NCBI GenBank assembly: GCA_964106915.2
Contig: OZ066918.1
Reading direction: 5' to 3' (one strand)
From: Podarcis gaigeae
Lineage: Eukaryota
Length of the DNA: 64,000 bases
Of this stretch, positions 1 to 11,781 are shown piece after piece; the first letter of the stretch is position 1, and each line of letters opens with the position of its first letter. The notes below the pieces were generated by a model. The model worked only from the letters and a program-made list of their open reading frames with translations. It had not been told where the DNA came from and searched no databases. The translations under genes were made by a program, and so were the position numbers.

Positions 1-1593
1 GTTATTGTTAGGACATTTTGCAGATTCACCAGGCTTCGTGAAGTATGTGCACTTCATCTATGAAGTGGGAGTTGTGCGCATTCCTGCACATTGTACGCTA
101 TTTCTAACAGACCTTGGAGAATGTGCATATCTGAACTACATTTTGGGCATTCTCCAGCCCATTAGCTTAGTCCCTTTTGTACATTCGCTAGGTAACAGTC
201 ACATTCTCTGGCCAGTGTGCATTGTCTCCGAGAAAATGCATTTCCCCCTGTTTCTAGTTCAGGGATGTGCAGTCTCCCCACCTCAATTGCTTCTGACTCC
301 CTGCTTAATCTTACATGGCCCACAACGTATTACCCAAAAGCTAAAATTTTCAGTCTCCTTTTCACCACTCGTAATTGTATCCTACAGTCCTCTCCGTAGC
401 ACAAGGAGGTCTCTCGCCCTCCTACAATCCAGATGGAAGTAGTACCTGGCCTCACCAAGGACACCTGGCTGCTATCAAGCTGAGGAGCAGGGGGGGGGGT
501 GGAGAGAAGAAGAGCACAAAGCCCCTCTGGTTCCACTCAGAACCATTTCTGTCCTTGTCCACTGCTGGCAGCTCACCTCCAAGAAAACAGCACTTGATAG
601 AAAAGAATGGCTGTCAACTTCTCTGAGGTATTTTCAAGGCTCAAAGATTGGATGTTGAAACACTGGCTATGTACGCATAGTCCAAGCTGAATACAAAGCA
701 TGCCTTATTTTTAAAAAAAGCATAGGTAAGCTGCATATGCAATGCTCTCTAAACAGCAAACAAAAAGATGCAGAAATTAACAGATGCAGAAAGTGGCTTA
801 TTGCCATACTGTTCTCCAAACAAGTTTCGAACATGCCTGTGCTTCCTCCAGAATAACCACAAAACTGCAATCTCAACAACAATATGCTAAATCCATTAGC
901 ACAGAAACAGTAATACATACTCGTCACGTAATACACTCCACTCAGGATGGACTGATTTAAATCAAAACAATTTAAAACCAGTTACTTAATTCAGTCCATT
1001 CAGAGTGAAATTACATAAGCAGGCAGTATGTGCTACAGTTTCTATGCAAATGGGCTTGTCATATTGTTGAATTTGCAGTTTCGTAGTTCCCCAGAGGAAG
1101 GATTGCTGTGCTGTGTCAGGAGCTAGTTAATTTACATTATTATGATCAGCATAGACAAAATATCAGTTCAAATCATTGGTTTTAATTACTTTTCCCACTG
1201 TGTAATTCACACATTTCCTAAAGAGAAATGAATACCGAAATCCTTGGATGTACAGTCCACATGTTTTGCTGAGAGACAAAAAAGGGCAATTGTGAAATTA
1301 ACAGCTCATTATTTGACTCCCAAGTCCATCATACGCACTCAATGTACTCAGGCAACTCCGGGCCCCCCACACCCAGACATTTCTCCCAGCATCCCGTTTC
1401 CCACAGCATGTGGCCATCATGACTAGCAGCTATTGAACAGACAGACTGATCTCACTGAATGTGTCCCATCGCCTCTTTAAAGTCTTCTAAGTTGATTACC
1501 ACCACCAAACTTTGTAGCAGGAAATAGTTTGGCTTCGCTGTGTACTGCATGAAAGGCTCCACAGGTAGGATCCACAAGGGTGAATCAGAATAA

Positions 1594-1937
1594 GTAAAGG
1601 TAAAGGGACCCCCAACCATTAGGTCCAGTCGTGACCGACTCTGGGGTTGCGGTGCTCATCTCGCTTTACTGGCCAAGGGAGCCGGCGTACAGCTTCCGGT
1701 CATGTGGCCAGCATGACTAAGCTGCTTCTGGTGAACCAGAGCAACGCACATAAACGCCGTTTACCTTCCCACCAGAGCGGTACCTATTTATCTACTTGCA
1801 CTTTGATGTGCTTTCGAACTGCTAGGTTGGCAGGAGCAGGGACCGAGCAATGGGAGCTCACCCCGTTGCGGGGATTCGAACCGCTGACCTTCTGATCGGC
1901 AAGTCCTAGGTTTAACCCACAGCACCACCCGCGTCTC
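1594..1937 (-). mobile_element. Sauria SINE (Squam1)
   Basis: (ACCTTT)n tail, B-box GGTTCGAATCC on the minus strand; homologous to 11412-11781. Confidence 0.92.
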
Positions 1938-2245
1938 AAATCAGAATAAACTAAGCCCCAAATTCAGAAGTAAGGCAGTTGCTTATAAAGTTTATTTGAA
2001 ATTAGTTCTAATTTCACAACTCTTGGCCCCAGCTTTGACCAATACTCTGTGCTGCTGTTTGATTAACTGGATGCTTTCATATATGACATCAAGGACCAAA
2101 CTGGACAGGATGTCAAGAGATGTCCTCTCACAGCTTGGGAACATAGGAAGCTGCCTTATGTTGAATTGGTCCATCTTGTCCAGTGTTTCCTACACTGACC
2201 GGTAATGGCTCTCCAGAGTTTCAGGTGATTCTCTCCCAGCTTTAC

Positions 2246-3296
2246 ATCAATAGCATGGTTTCTGCCTGGGCTTCTAGAGGGAAGCGAGGTGCAGGTGGGG
2301 CTCATACGCCTGGGAAGGTAGCCCATCTAGGACAGGGGCGCCAACTTATAAAAAATATTGGGGGGGCCCATACCGGGGTCCTCGCCACAAGATCCTGGCT
2401 GCGGGGCGCAATTCGGGAGGGCTCGGCTGGCCGGGCCCAGGCCCGCGGGGCTCCTCCGCGCTCCCCTCCCCCGGCCGGGCGGCGCCTGCAAAGGCTGCGG
2501 GTTCCGCAGCACCTCCGTCTCTCTTTCCACTGGTAGCGAGAGCGGGTGGGAGGAGGCCACCCGGGAGCCGGAACCGGGCACCAAATAAGGAGAGCGGGGC
2601 GGGCCTGGATACTGGCCTTGTTTGGCGCTTCCCCTCGGCCGGCGGCCCAGCCAAACCCGCGGCAGCGGCGAGGCGATGCCCGCGCAGGGGGGCGCCCACC
2701 CCTCGGCCCCCGCCCGGCGCTGCCGCCCCAGCACCTGCCCGCTCCTCCCAAGGGGCCTCCTCTCCCTCCCGCCTCTTCGCAGCAGTAATATAATTTTCTT
2801 AAATTATTGGGGGGGCAGAGCCCCCCCAAACGAATTTTTGAGGGGGCTCGGGCCCCCTCAGGCCCCATGGAGTCGGCGCCTATGATCTAGGAGAAGAAAC
2901 ACTGCCTTGCAGGACATCTTTGGGAGAAGAAAGGGCTAAGGAGTAAACCCGACACAAATCCAGAGTCCCTAAGACGGTTGGATGGTGCCTTGTACGTCCC
3001 CTCTCAGCAACTCCTGCAGCCAAGCTGGTGCCAAACGTCTTGCTCTCCTTTCCTTTGGACCACATCAGGGTGGTCTTCTCATCTGGACAACCCAGGACCT
3101 CCTTACACACTGCCCAGTTTTGCACCCTGGGGAGGTCATAAACAATGTGGGAGGCAGCAGTTACAAGCGACTAGTCTCTGCAGCCACAGCTGATATTGAG
3201 ATTCTCCAGTAGTTTGACTTCACCCCTAGAGGTGCACTCCATTGTCTCTCAAGACAGACAAATGCCAAGGATGATGACAACAATGACAATAACAAT
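2246..3296 (+). mobile_element. Non-autonomous retroelement (RTE-related, tentative) interrupted by the hAT at 2333-2884
   Basis: Sequence is continuous across the hAT TSD (GCCCATCTAGGA|GAAG) and ends in a (CAA)-like simple-repeat tail. Family assignment is from recollection only. Confidence 0.45.
2333..2884. mobile_element. Non-autonomous hAT element (Tip100-like termini) with a GC-rich 400-bp interior
   Basis: Imperfect TIRs CAGGGGCGCCAACT / AGTCGGCGCCTATG and perfect 8-bp TSD ATCTAGGA (2325-2332, 2885-2892). Termini are shared with 19947-21873. Confidence 0.9.
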
Positions 3297-5005
3297 CTTG
3301 AGATGCTGGGGATTGAAACTTTGGCATGCAAAGCAGATGCTCTGTCACTGAGGTATGGCTCTTCCCATAGCATTGTTGCATGTGTCTGGGGGAGGGTATC
3401 AAATGAGTAGCATCACAAGGTGAGATGCAGTCTGGCCTTTCCTTCAGTCTGTCAGTCCTCTGGAAGGGTAACCTTGTTCTGGGTTGCGAGACACTCAGAA
3501 GCCATGAGGAAGTTTCTTGCTGCTTCTGAATGTGTCCCAACCGGACATGAGATGAAAGGAGGACTGTGGTCCTGGTCTGAGGGACAGGCTCAACATCTCA
3601 CTTGGTATTGATCTGGGAGGCACTATGTATTCTATAACCCCAGCTTCTCAGTTTTTCTTTCAAACCATGTGATGGAGGTGACTCCGTTTCCTCTCCTCCC
3701 GCCACTCATCCATTCTCCGCAGCTGCTGCTCCCCTTGGGTCCCTTCCAGCTCTAAGATTCTATGATTCCCTCAACCCCATGCCTGATCTTCAATTTCAGA
3801 CATCGTTATATATCAGAATATTATTATTATGAGTAGTAGTGGTATTAGAATTTATATACCCGGAGGTCTCAGGGCGGTCACAGAACAAAATCAAAATACA
3901 AAACCACAAAATACACACAACACCCCAATAACACCCTCTCCCCATATTGTGATGTTTAGCTGATGATATATCGCAATGTTGAAAACCATATGACTTGGCT
4001 TTTGAAAATTAGGTGGTCCTCAGTAGCTAATAGGGAACCACTGTGCGGGAGGACTGGGGGAAGGTGGAAGTGACCACAAATAGGGAGTTGGCTCCTGAAG
4101 CTCGCCCAGATGGTGGAGCCCATGCTGATCTCAGCACTTTCATAGTTGACATATAATGCTATTTAGCACTGCAAGTTGACAATTTAGGAGATTTAATAGG
4201 TGATTAATTCCCTGATTAATTTCCATTCCCTGCAAAGAATGAAGATATCAACAAGTCTGAATGACTTTGAGTCTGAAGTTTGAAATATAGCATCACATCC
4301 AATATGCTATTTCAGATTTTGAGTTTGGACTCATTTAAAATTTGAGGCACAAGATTGGAAGCAAAGCAAATTCTAAATATTGGTGGATAGTTCACAATTC
4401 AGTCCTAATTAGAAACAGCACTGATACTATAAGCACACTCAAGTAGAAAAAAGTGTGTGATTTTTAATGCTATTGGCACATAGGGATGCTTATATACCAA
4501 TTAACAGTGTCATCGAAATCTCACATCAGTCAAGTCAACTGTTTCAGCTTCTGCAGTTCAGAGGTTGACTCCCAGATGTGCTGCAGTGTGGATCATAATT
4601 GGAAATATATGCCAAAGTTCACCAGGTTAACACCTGCCTGCCCAAGGTAACAGCAGCCCTCTGGACCTTGTGGGTCTATAATGACTTTCAAACGCTGTTT
4701 CAGCTCTTTGTGGAGCAAACCTGAGCAACCTATTTTTAAAATAAGAATAATGATAATTCTGCTGTGAAAATAAGCAGATATGGTTCTGGAGGTAGCACAG
4801 GGAAAGAAAAGAATGAACAAGCTGAAACTTGGGGAAACCAGATGGGGAAACCAGAATCTCTGAATGGAGGTTTACAAGTCATCTTGAAGGTCTCACGTTC
4901 CCCAAAAGACCAAGCTCAGAGTTTGGGAGGTTCAGGTGGTGGCAGCAGTCAGTCACTGGCCCTTTCTTAACCCCTTCAGCTGGTACACCAGCAGCGATCC
5001 TGTCA

Positions 5006-5085
5006 CTTGGCAGGAACAGCCTCACCCTCGTCATCCATGCCCTGGTCATATCCAGACTAGACTCCTGTAATGCATTCTTTGGAGA
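5006..5085 (+). mobile_element. Short L2 LINE fragment
   Basis: LTLVIHALVISRLDSCNA motif. Confidence 0.7.
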
Positions 5086-6133
5086 CTGTCAGGTGGTATT
5101 GTGGCAGTGTGAATGCACTCAGAATACCCACAGTATTGCTTTATGGCTCTTGCTATCACTGACTTTTAGGAGAGATGGCTTGTATTGTGCCCCAGCACCC
5201 CAAGTCTAAAGAAACTCCTTAGCTCAATACCCTGGAGAAATGTTGTCTGTGTGTGTGTGTGTATTCTAATAGAAGTGCCGATTGTAAATAATAGTAATAG
5301 CCAGCAGAGGTTCCCACTTGAATAAAATATTTGGGGTGGGGGCAGATAAGCCCTGCTCTACATAACCGATCACATGATGAGGTGCACCCATACCATTTCA
5401 ATGGAAATGCCGATCAGCTTGGGGGGCAGCCCCCTAAATTTCTGGGGTGGGATGAAGGGAGTTGGCTTCTATGGTAGCCAGATGGTGCGGTTTTTTGTTC
5501 TTGATAAAAGACGGTGTTTGGAATCTTGCAGCCTGCATCTCCACCCAGCCAAGTCCCCATGCTCTCTGGGTGCTCATCCATATCCTAGAGGGAGCGGGGA
5601 TAATGAGTTTGCTCATCCAGCGCATGAGAAGCAGAGGATGTACAAAGTATGGCAGGATGGGACAGCAGAACAGAAAGTGTGTAAAAGTATCAATTTACAT
5701 CATAAATGTTTTAAGAGCACTGTTGCAATGGGGAGATAAAACTGTTGTTTTGCTTTCTGACTTCTGGTGGTCTTCTGTCCAAACTGGGGCAGGTTGTTGT
5801 TCAGTTGGCAAAGCCCCTTCTCTGAATTAAACCTGACAGCTGAACTGAAGTGTTGCTTAGTGTAAGCTGTTTAGAGAAAAGTGAAGAAAAAAATCTTAAG
5901 AATGAAAAAGATTTTGCCAGGCTTCAGAGTAACAGCAGGATTCTAACCTAAATGCTCTTGTTGTTCTACTGTTTTATTGCATGTTAGAATAAAAATGATA
6001 GTTCTAATGCAGCTTTCTTGCTATCATGGAAAATGTTTTAATACAACATTATACTTCCTGCATCAGCTGTGGCTGAAATACACATTAAGAATCAGTGTGG
6101 TGTATTTTCCAAGACATTGAGCCCTTTGAAGTC

Positions 6134-6137
<4 letters not shown>

Positions 6138-6188
<51 letters not shown>
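6138..6188. repeat. (GA)n microsatellite
   Basis: Direct reading. Confidence 0.98.
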
Positions 6189-6190
<2 letters not shown>

Positions 6191-8524
6191 CGAAGCAGCG
6201 CTCCACTTTTCACACTCATCATAACAGTACTGGGATACTATTACAATAAAAAGTGTAACCTATTTCTCAGAATCACAACCCAACTATTTATTTCAGGGAT
6301 GGTGGAAATGTGTTCTGGGGCAATTTCATACTCACTCGAACACTGTGGTAGGAAATTTCCTGACAAATTCAAAGCTCTTGAGGTTTTGGGTTCAATTTAT
6401 TAAAAAATGTGCAATGATAGGAAGGCGTGGGGCGGGGGGGGGGGGGAGAGCCAGAGTGATGCCTTCTCCCTCTCTCCATGGAAATTGCAGCAAATTAATT
6501 GAGTGACAACATAAGGAAAGTGAAAGAAAGTGGAATTAGCAGGACTACTGTTAAATAAATAAATGTTTTGCCTATAAGGAGGATTCATGAAAATTCAAGA
6601 AATACTTTGGAGTGCAAAGATTCATGGAACATACAAGGTATTGCACACACAGAATGCATGGTGGGGGAGTGTAATTGCGCACCTGTGCCCTTTAGCCTTA
6701 CCTGCCCCCTCCCCGGGGCTTATCCACACCTTTCTTCCACTTTTTCCAAGCACAGGCCACAATTTACAGCTCTGTGTCCAAGTATCCTTCTTTCACTCCA
6801 GAAAATTCCCTGCAAAAATCCATCAATTAAAGCTTCATTGAAGCAAACGTCAGTCTGTGGGAAAAGTGGATTGACTTTTGCTCTGATTCAGCTTTAAAGA
6901 GCGGGTTTTCATGGGTAAACAAACAAACAAACAAAAATCCTCAGACATGGAGCATTAAAGCGCAGACCTCTGCCTGGAAAGAGCTGGGCAAAAGGTAAGG
7001 GTGGAAAAACCCAAAGGTTCACACATGTGTCCTAGCACCTCAAAGCCTGTTCAAGCACGGATGTTCAGGCCTTTCTTGTTTCTCAGCACTTGGTGATTAA
7101 CTGCCGAATGCGTGCAGTGGCTCTGTGGACAAAGACAGCATTTTACAAAGGTCTGTCATCCCTTGTTGCTGAAGTTATCAAGTGCAGGCAGGTGAAAGGT
7201 TAGGCAGAGGATGATACAGAGGATGATTTGTGATCTGATTTAGCATGTTCATATTATCTGTAAACAAAGCTAAAATATTTGAAATTTCTTGAGGTGGCCT
7301 AGTGTTGTATTTGCCGAAGGCATCCATTCACTAATGAATCTAGGAAACAGAAGAATAAAACACTGGAAAAAGCCATCACTGGAGTACATGCAGACATTCA
7401 AAGACACACAGGCCCCAGGTCCCCAATCATGAGTCTCATGCCATTGGATACGGGCACATTGCAAGGCGCATGTTGCCACTGAGGCCATAGTATAAAGGTG
7501 GCCCTGTGCAGTTTCCACATTCCTGCGTTTGGTGTGTTCCAGTGTTTACTGCTTGCGAATCTGTGAAAAGGCCTTAACTGGAGACCATTCTGAGAAAGTG
7601 TGTAGAGGACACAAGGCACTCTCTCAGCACAGACTGAATAACTACAAATGTTTGTGTGTGTGGATGTCCTTGTTAGTGCAGGTGAGAGGAGAGAGACTTT
7701 CTGCTGCCCATCAGGCAATGGCTTTTTCTACCTGCCTTGCCCCCCCCCCCCTTCAGCCCCAGGAGCCTTCAGAACAGAGCTGTTCTACTTATTTGTAATT
7801 GTTTTACTGCTGATTTCTTGGTTATTCTATACAATTTATGTTATAATGGTGATCTATTATGTTATTGTTATTATTTGTGAGCTGCTTTGTGTCTCGTGTG
7901 AGTGAAAAGCGGCATAGAAATATAAGAAATGAAATGAAATGAATGGTAGCAGCAATGCTGGGCCTGGGTTTATTTTGTTGCTGCTATTGGTATTGTTATG
8001 AGTTTGTGGGGTGCCTGGACTCCCCTTCCAATTTCTGGGTGCCAGATGCAGGATCTAGTGTGTTAAAATACAAGCCAGGAGCCAGGCTGGTAATGGTCTG
8101 CTAAAGATTAGTTTGTTAGGCAGTGGTTTTCAACCTTTTTGAGTCCATCGCTCCCTTGACCAACCACATTCTTTCAGTGGCTTCCCTATAGGATACGGGG
8201 AATCCATACGTGTGTTCCATACGAGGCCCATTCTGCCCCCCCCTTCTGCCCTTGCCCATTTTTGGCACGCATGTAAGTGGGAGCACACAAATGGAGATTC
8301 CCCTTTCACTTCTTTTTACTAGCACTTGCCAAACTAAAGCATCTTTCCATATTGCTTCATTTTAAATTTAAGTGTGAGACACGGGTGCAAGAAATTCAGG
8401 AAGAAGAAGGAATAAAATAGCAGGCAACATTAGGCCAACAGAGACCCTGGGAAACTGCCTGGAACTTCCTGGAATCTCACACTGCTCGGAAGGGCGTGTA
8501 ACAATATTAATGTGGAAATACAGG

Positions 8525-8768
8525 ATAAGACGCACCAGACCACAAGACGCACCTAGTTTTTGGAGGAGGAAAACAAGAAAAAATATATTCTGAATCTCAG
8601 AAGCCAGAACAATAAGAGGGATCGCTGCACAGTGAAAGCAGCAATCCCTCTTGCTGTTTTGGCTTCTGGGATAGCTGCGCAGCCTGTATTCACTCCATAA
8701 GATGCACACACATTTCCCCTTACTTTTTAGGAGGGAAAAGTGAGTCTTATAGATCAAAAAATACAGTA
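8525..8768. mobile_element. Tc2-like MITE (left TIR eroded), related termini to 32332-33542, with an internal hairpin
   Basis: ATAAGACGCAC repeats, right end TCTTATAGATCAAAAAATACAG-TA, and an internal inverted repeat CAGAAGCCAGAACA...TGTTTTGGCTTCTG. Confidence 0.7.
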
Positions 8769-11411
8769 GTTCAATTTGGCTGTGTACTTTTTCATGTGTT
8801 TTGTTTATTGTTTGCAACTACTTTTGTTATGTTTGTAATTTTGTAAATCTTCTCCTGTTGTAAGGTGCCTTGAGCACAGTTTTATCAATGGGAAGGCAGC
8901 ATTGGCAATGAGCCACAGCCCTACTCAGCCACGAAGCTCACGTGGCCCAATACAGCATGAGTCACACACCCCAGCACAGCTCATGCCTTCTGTTAATAGA
9001 ATGACTTTATTTGTTACATGCATAAATAGTTTTAGTTCACTACTAAGGGCAAAAGTCCTCTCATGGTGTCTTTTATCTGTAAGTCAGTGTTTAAATCAAC
9101 ACCAGTGCAATTAAATGAAAAAGACCAGCCCAGTTGCTGCTAGACCAAAACAAACAGCTCAGTCTCAAAATAATCCACCATACCATGAAACATTGAAAAA
9201 TATATGCTAATCTGACATCCCTATTAATGATTTGGAAGAGCAAGAAGCAGCGGAGAACGGAGCAAATATTTAAATGCAGTACATTTTACAAATAACGTGA
9301 GTTGTGCAGCATGGTGTCAGCCATAGAAAAAGCTGAATATGGATCTGAAAGAGGCAACAGACATTTGGATACAGTATGGTGACTCCTCTAAGCCCAGACA
9401 TCTCTCCACCTTCAACTGCAACAGCACAGCAGGATTCTAAAAGCACCTTTTCAAAACATTTTCACTTTGTTAACTAATGCTGCCACTGGATTTTCAGTTC
9501 TGTTTTATCAATATTATTGTGTTTTCACTCCCCTTAGTCTTATCATTTTAATTTGTATGCTGCTTTGAGACGGATTGTGACAGGCAGCAAATAAACATAT
9601 ATCACATTTTGGGGAAGGCAATTCAAGAGATGAGTGTTGTTTGGAGAGGCTGGCAGGCAAAGTGTTAAGCACCCTTCCTGCTCAAAATTTCAGCTTCCTT
9701 GTGCAGCTTTTCATTAAAAAGAAATGCTTCATTACACACATTTGCATGTAATGGTTAGTTTGCCCCAGAGTTCAGGAATTACAGTGTTAGAAGTGAGGAT
9801 CACCACCAGCCGTTCTATATGGATGTATGCTTTGTCACAGGACACCGCAGAGCAGGTGTGCAGGTGTGGACTTGTCACATATGATGAGCAAGCGTCTCTC
9901 TCTTTCACTGCCCATGTTAGGAGGCCCTGTGTGGCAGCAACAGCATCCCTCAGTGTGTACACACAAAACCAAACGTGTTTCTATACACATGCATGGAGAA
10001 AGAGTGATAGCAGTTCAGTGGGGCTGGGGGATTTTGTTAGAAGTATGTTTGTGGACCCACAACCTCACCCCACCCCAAAGCTGCCTGTTAACTGCCTGAT
10101 TCGAAGCCTGTGCTGGGGGGGGGAGGTGGGGGCTGGCAGGAGAAGTAAGAGCTGCTTTGGGCCTTTTGAAAGCTTCGTATTGGGGGTGCCAGATGGCGAG
10201 GCAATGATTTCACCCAGTCCAATCATGGTGGGAATGTTTAAGATCAGGCATTAAAGATGATGCAATGTGGTAGATTTTACTGCTTCTTTTTATTGCCCCA
10301 TTAATTAACAGGATAATGTTTGCAGGAGGGGAATATGAGGCAATAAACTGCTTTTGTGGGTGATTAAACATTTCAATGAAACTAAGACATTTGATGGTGC
10401 AAAAGCAGTTTATTGAAAAGCACATTTCCACTACGTATTAAACAAAGACCAGATTGCAAAGGCGAGGTGGGACGAGGAGGACCAAATTCTGAACCACAGG
10501 CAGTTTCAGCATTTTCCAGACAAGCAATAAGGGAACAGATTATTTTATATAGGAATTTACTATCAATCACATGGTATATGCAAGTAATGGGAGACGGGAA
10601 GGATCCCATAAGCACTCCATAAACAAATCAGAGTGAATGCTTAATAAAGCCCGGACACGGTCAAACTGCTGTGTAGGCTTTGTGCCAGCAATCAGGATGA
10701 ACGCTCAATAAACAGATCTAGGGGAGCCCAAAGATAAGAAGAAACCACTGTTTAGATAATTTAAAGTTACAGAACGAAATGGAAAGCTGCCATCAACTTT
10801 AGCTCAATAGGGTCGTCCCCCCCCAATTACATACAGTACATTGAAATTTACATTTTAGAGTTGCAACCAGAATTTAATGTCTAAATTTGAAAGTCACCCT
10901 GCAAATCCAGGAGGTGTGTTGGGGCAGCTGTGGCTCCGCAATGGTGAAGATGAGACAATTCTGCATCTGGTCATGGCATTTTCTTCTTCATTTCAACACC
11001 ACACATTCTAGAGTAGATTAGTGGCACCGTAACTATGTTCTCACTTGCCATTAGATGTGCTTTAAAGTGTGGGCAAATAACAAGCAATGAGTATTCAGGA
11101 TAAGTTTTCAGTGCTTTATATTACATATGACTTCATAGATGCCAGGAAAAGTTCTAATGGAAATAAATGCATTCAATCTTGGAGAAAAAAGAGCCTTGGT
11201 CCATATACAAGTACGTATAAAGAATAATAAATTTCAGATATATCTTTAAAAAATCTGTAATTATTTCAGGAATTAAATACTGCTGCTTCAAGTCTTCTAT
11301 TTTTACTACCTATATTAATTACAACTCTTTATCCAAATATATTATATTAAACTTTACGATTGCAATACTAAGTTTATTTATGCCAACATTTTATACAGTG
11401 CTAATACTGTT

Positions 11412-11781
11412 GGGGACGCGGGTGGCGCTGTGGGTAAAACCTCAGTGCCTAGGACTTGCCGATCGCATGGTCGGCGGTTCGAATCCCCGCGGCGGGGTGA
11501 GCTCCCGTCGTTCGGTCCCAGCTCCTGCCCACCTAGCAGTTTGAAAGCACCCCTAAGTGCAAGTAGATAAATAGGTACCGCTTTATAGCGGGAAGGTAAA
11601 CGGCGTTTCCGTGTGCTGCGCTGGTGCCGGCTCGCCAGAGCAGCTTCGTCACGCTGGTCACGTGACCCGGAAGTGTCTTCGGACAGCGCTGGCCCCCGGC
11701 CTCTTAAGTGAGATGGGCGCACAACCCTAGAGTCAGACACGACTGGCCCGTATGGGCAGGGGTACCTTTACCTTTACCTTT
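11412..11781 (+). mobile_element. Full-length young Sauria SINE (Squam1)
   Basis: A-box GGTGGCGCTGTGG, B-box GGTTCGAATCC, (ACCTTT)n tail, TSD TAATACTGT (11402-11410, 11781-11789), CpGs retained. Confidence 0.95.

Larger units (their letters stand above)
2137..3366 (-). mobile_element. Squam3-type tRNA SINE split into 2137-2245 and 3297-3366 by nested insertions
   Basis: 3' part GGAACATAGGAAGCTGCCTTAT...CCCAGCTTTAC and 5' part CTTGAGATGCTGGGGATTGAA...GCAGATGCTCTGTCACTGAG join into one contiguous SINE. Confidence 0.7.

Noticed and set aside
2183-2885. Multiple ORFs up to 188 aa
   Set aside because: GC-rich artefacts inside the hAT cargo; they cross element boundaries.
11412-11500. tRNA gene
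   Set aside because: The A and B boxes belong to the tRNA-derived head of a Sauria SINE that has a tail and a TSD.
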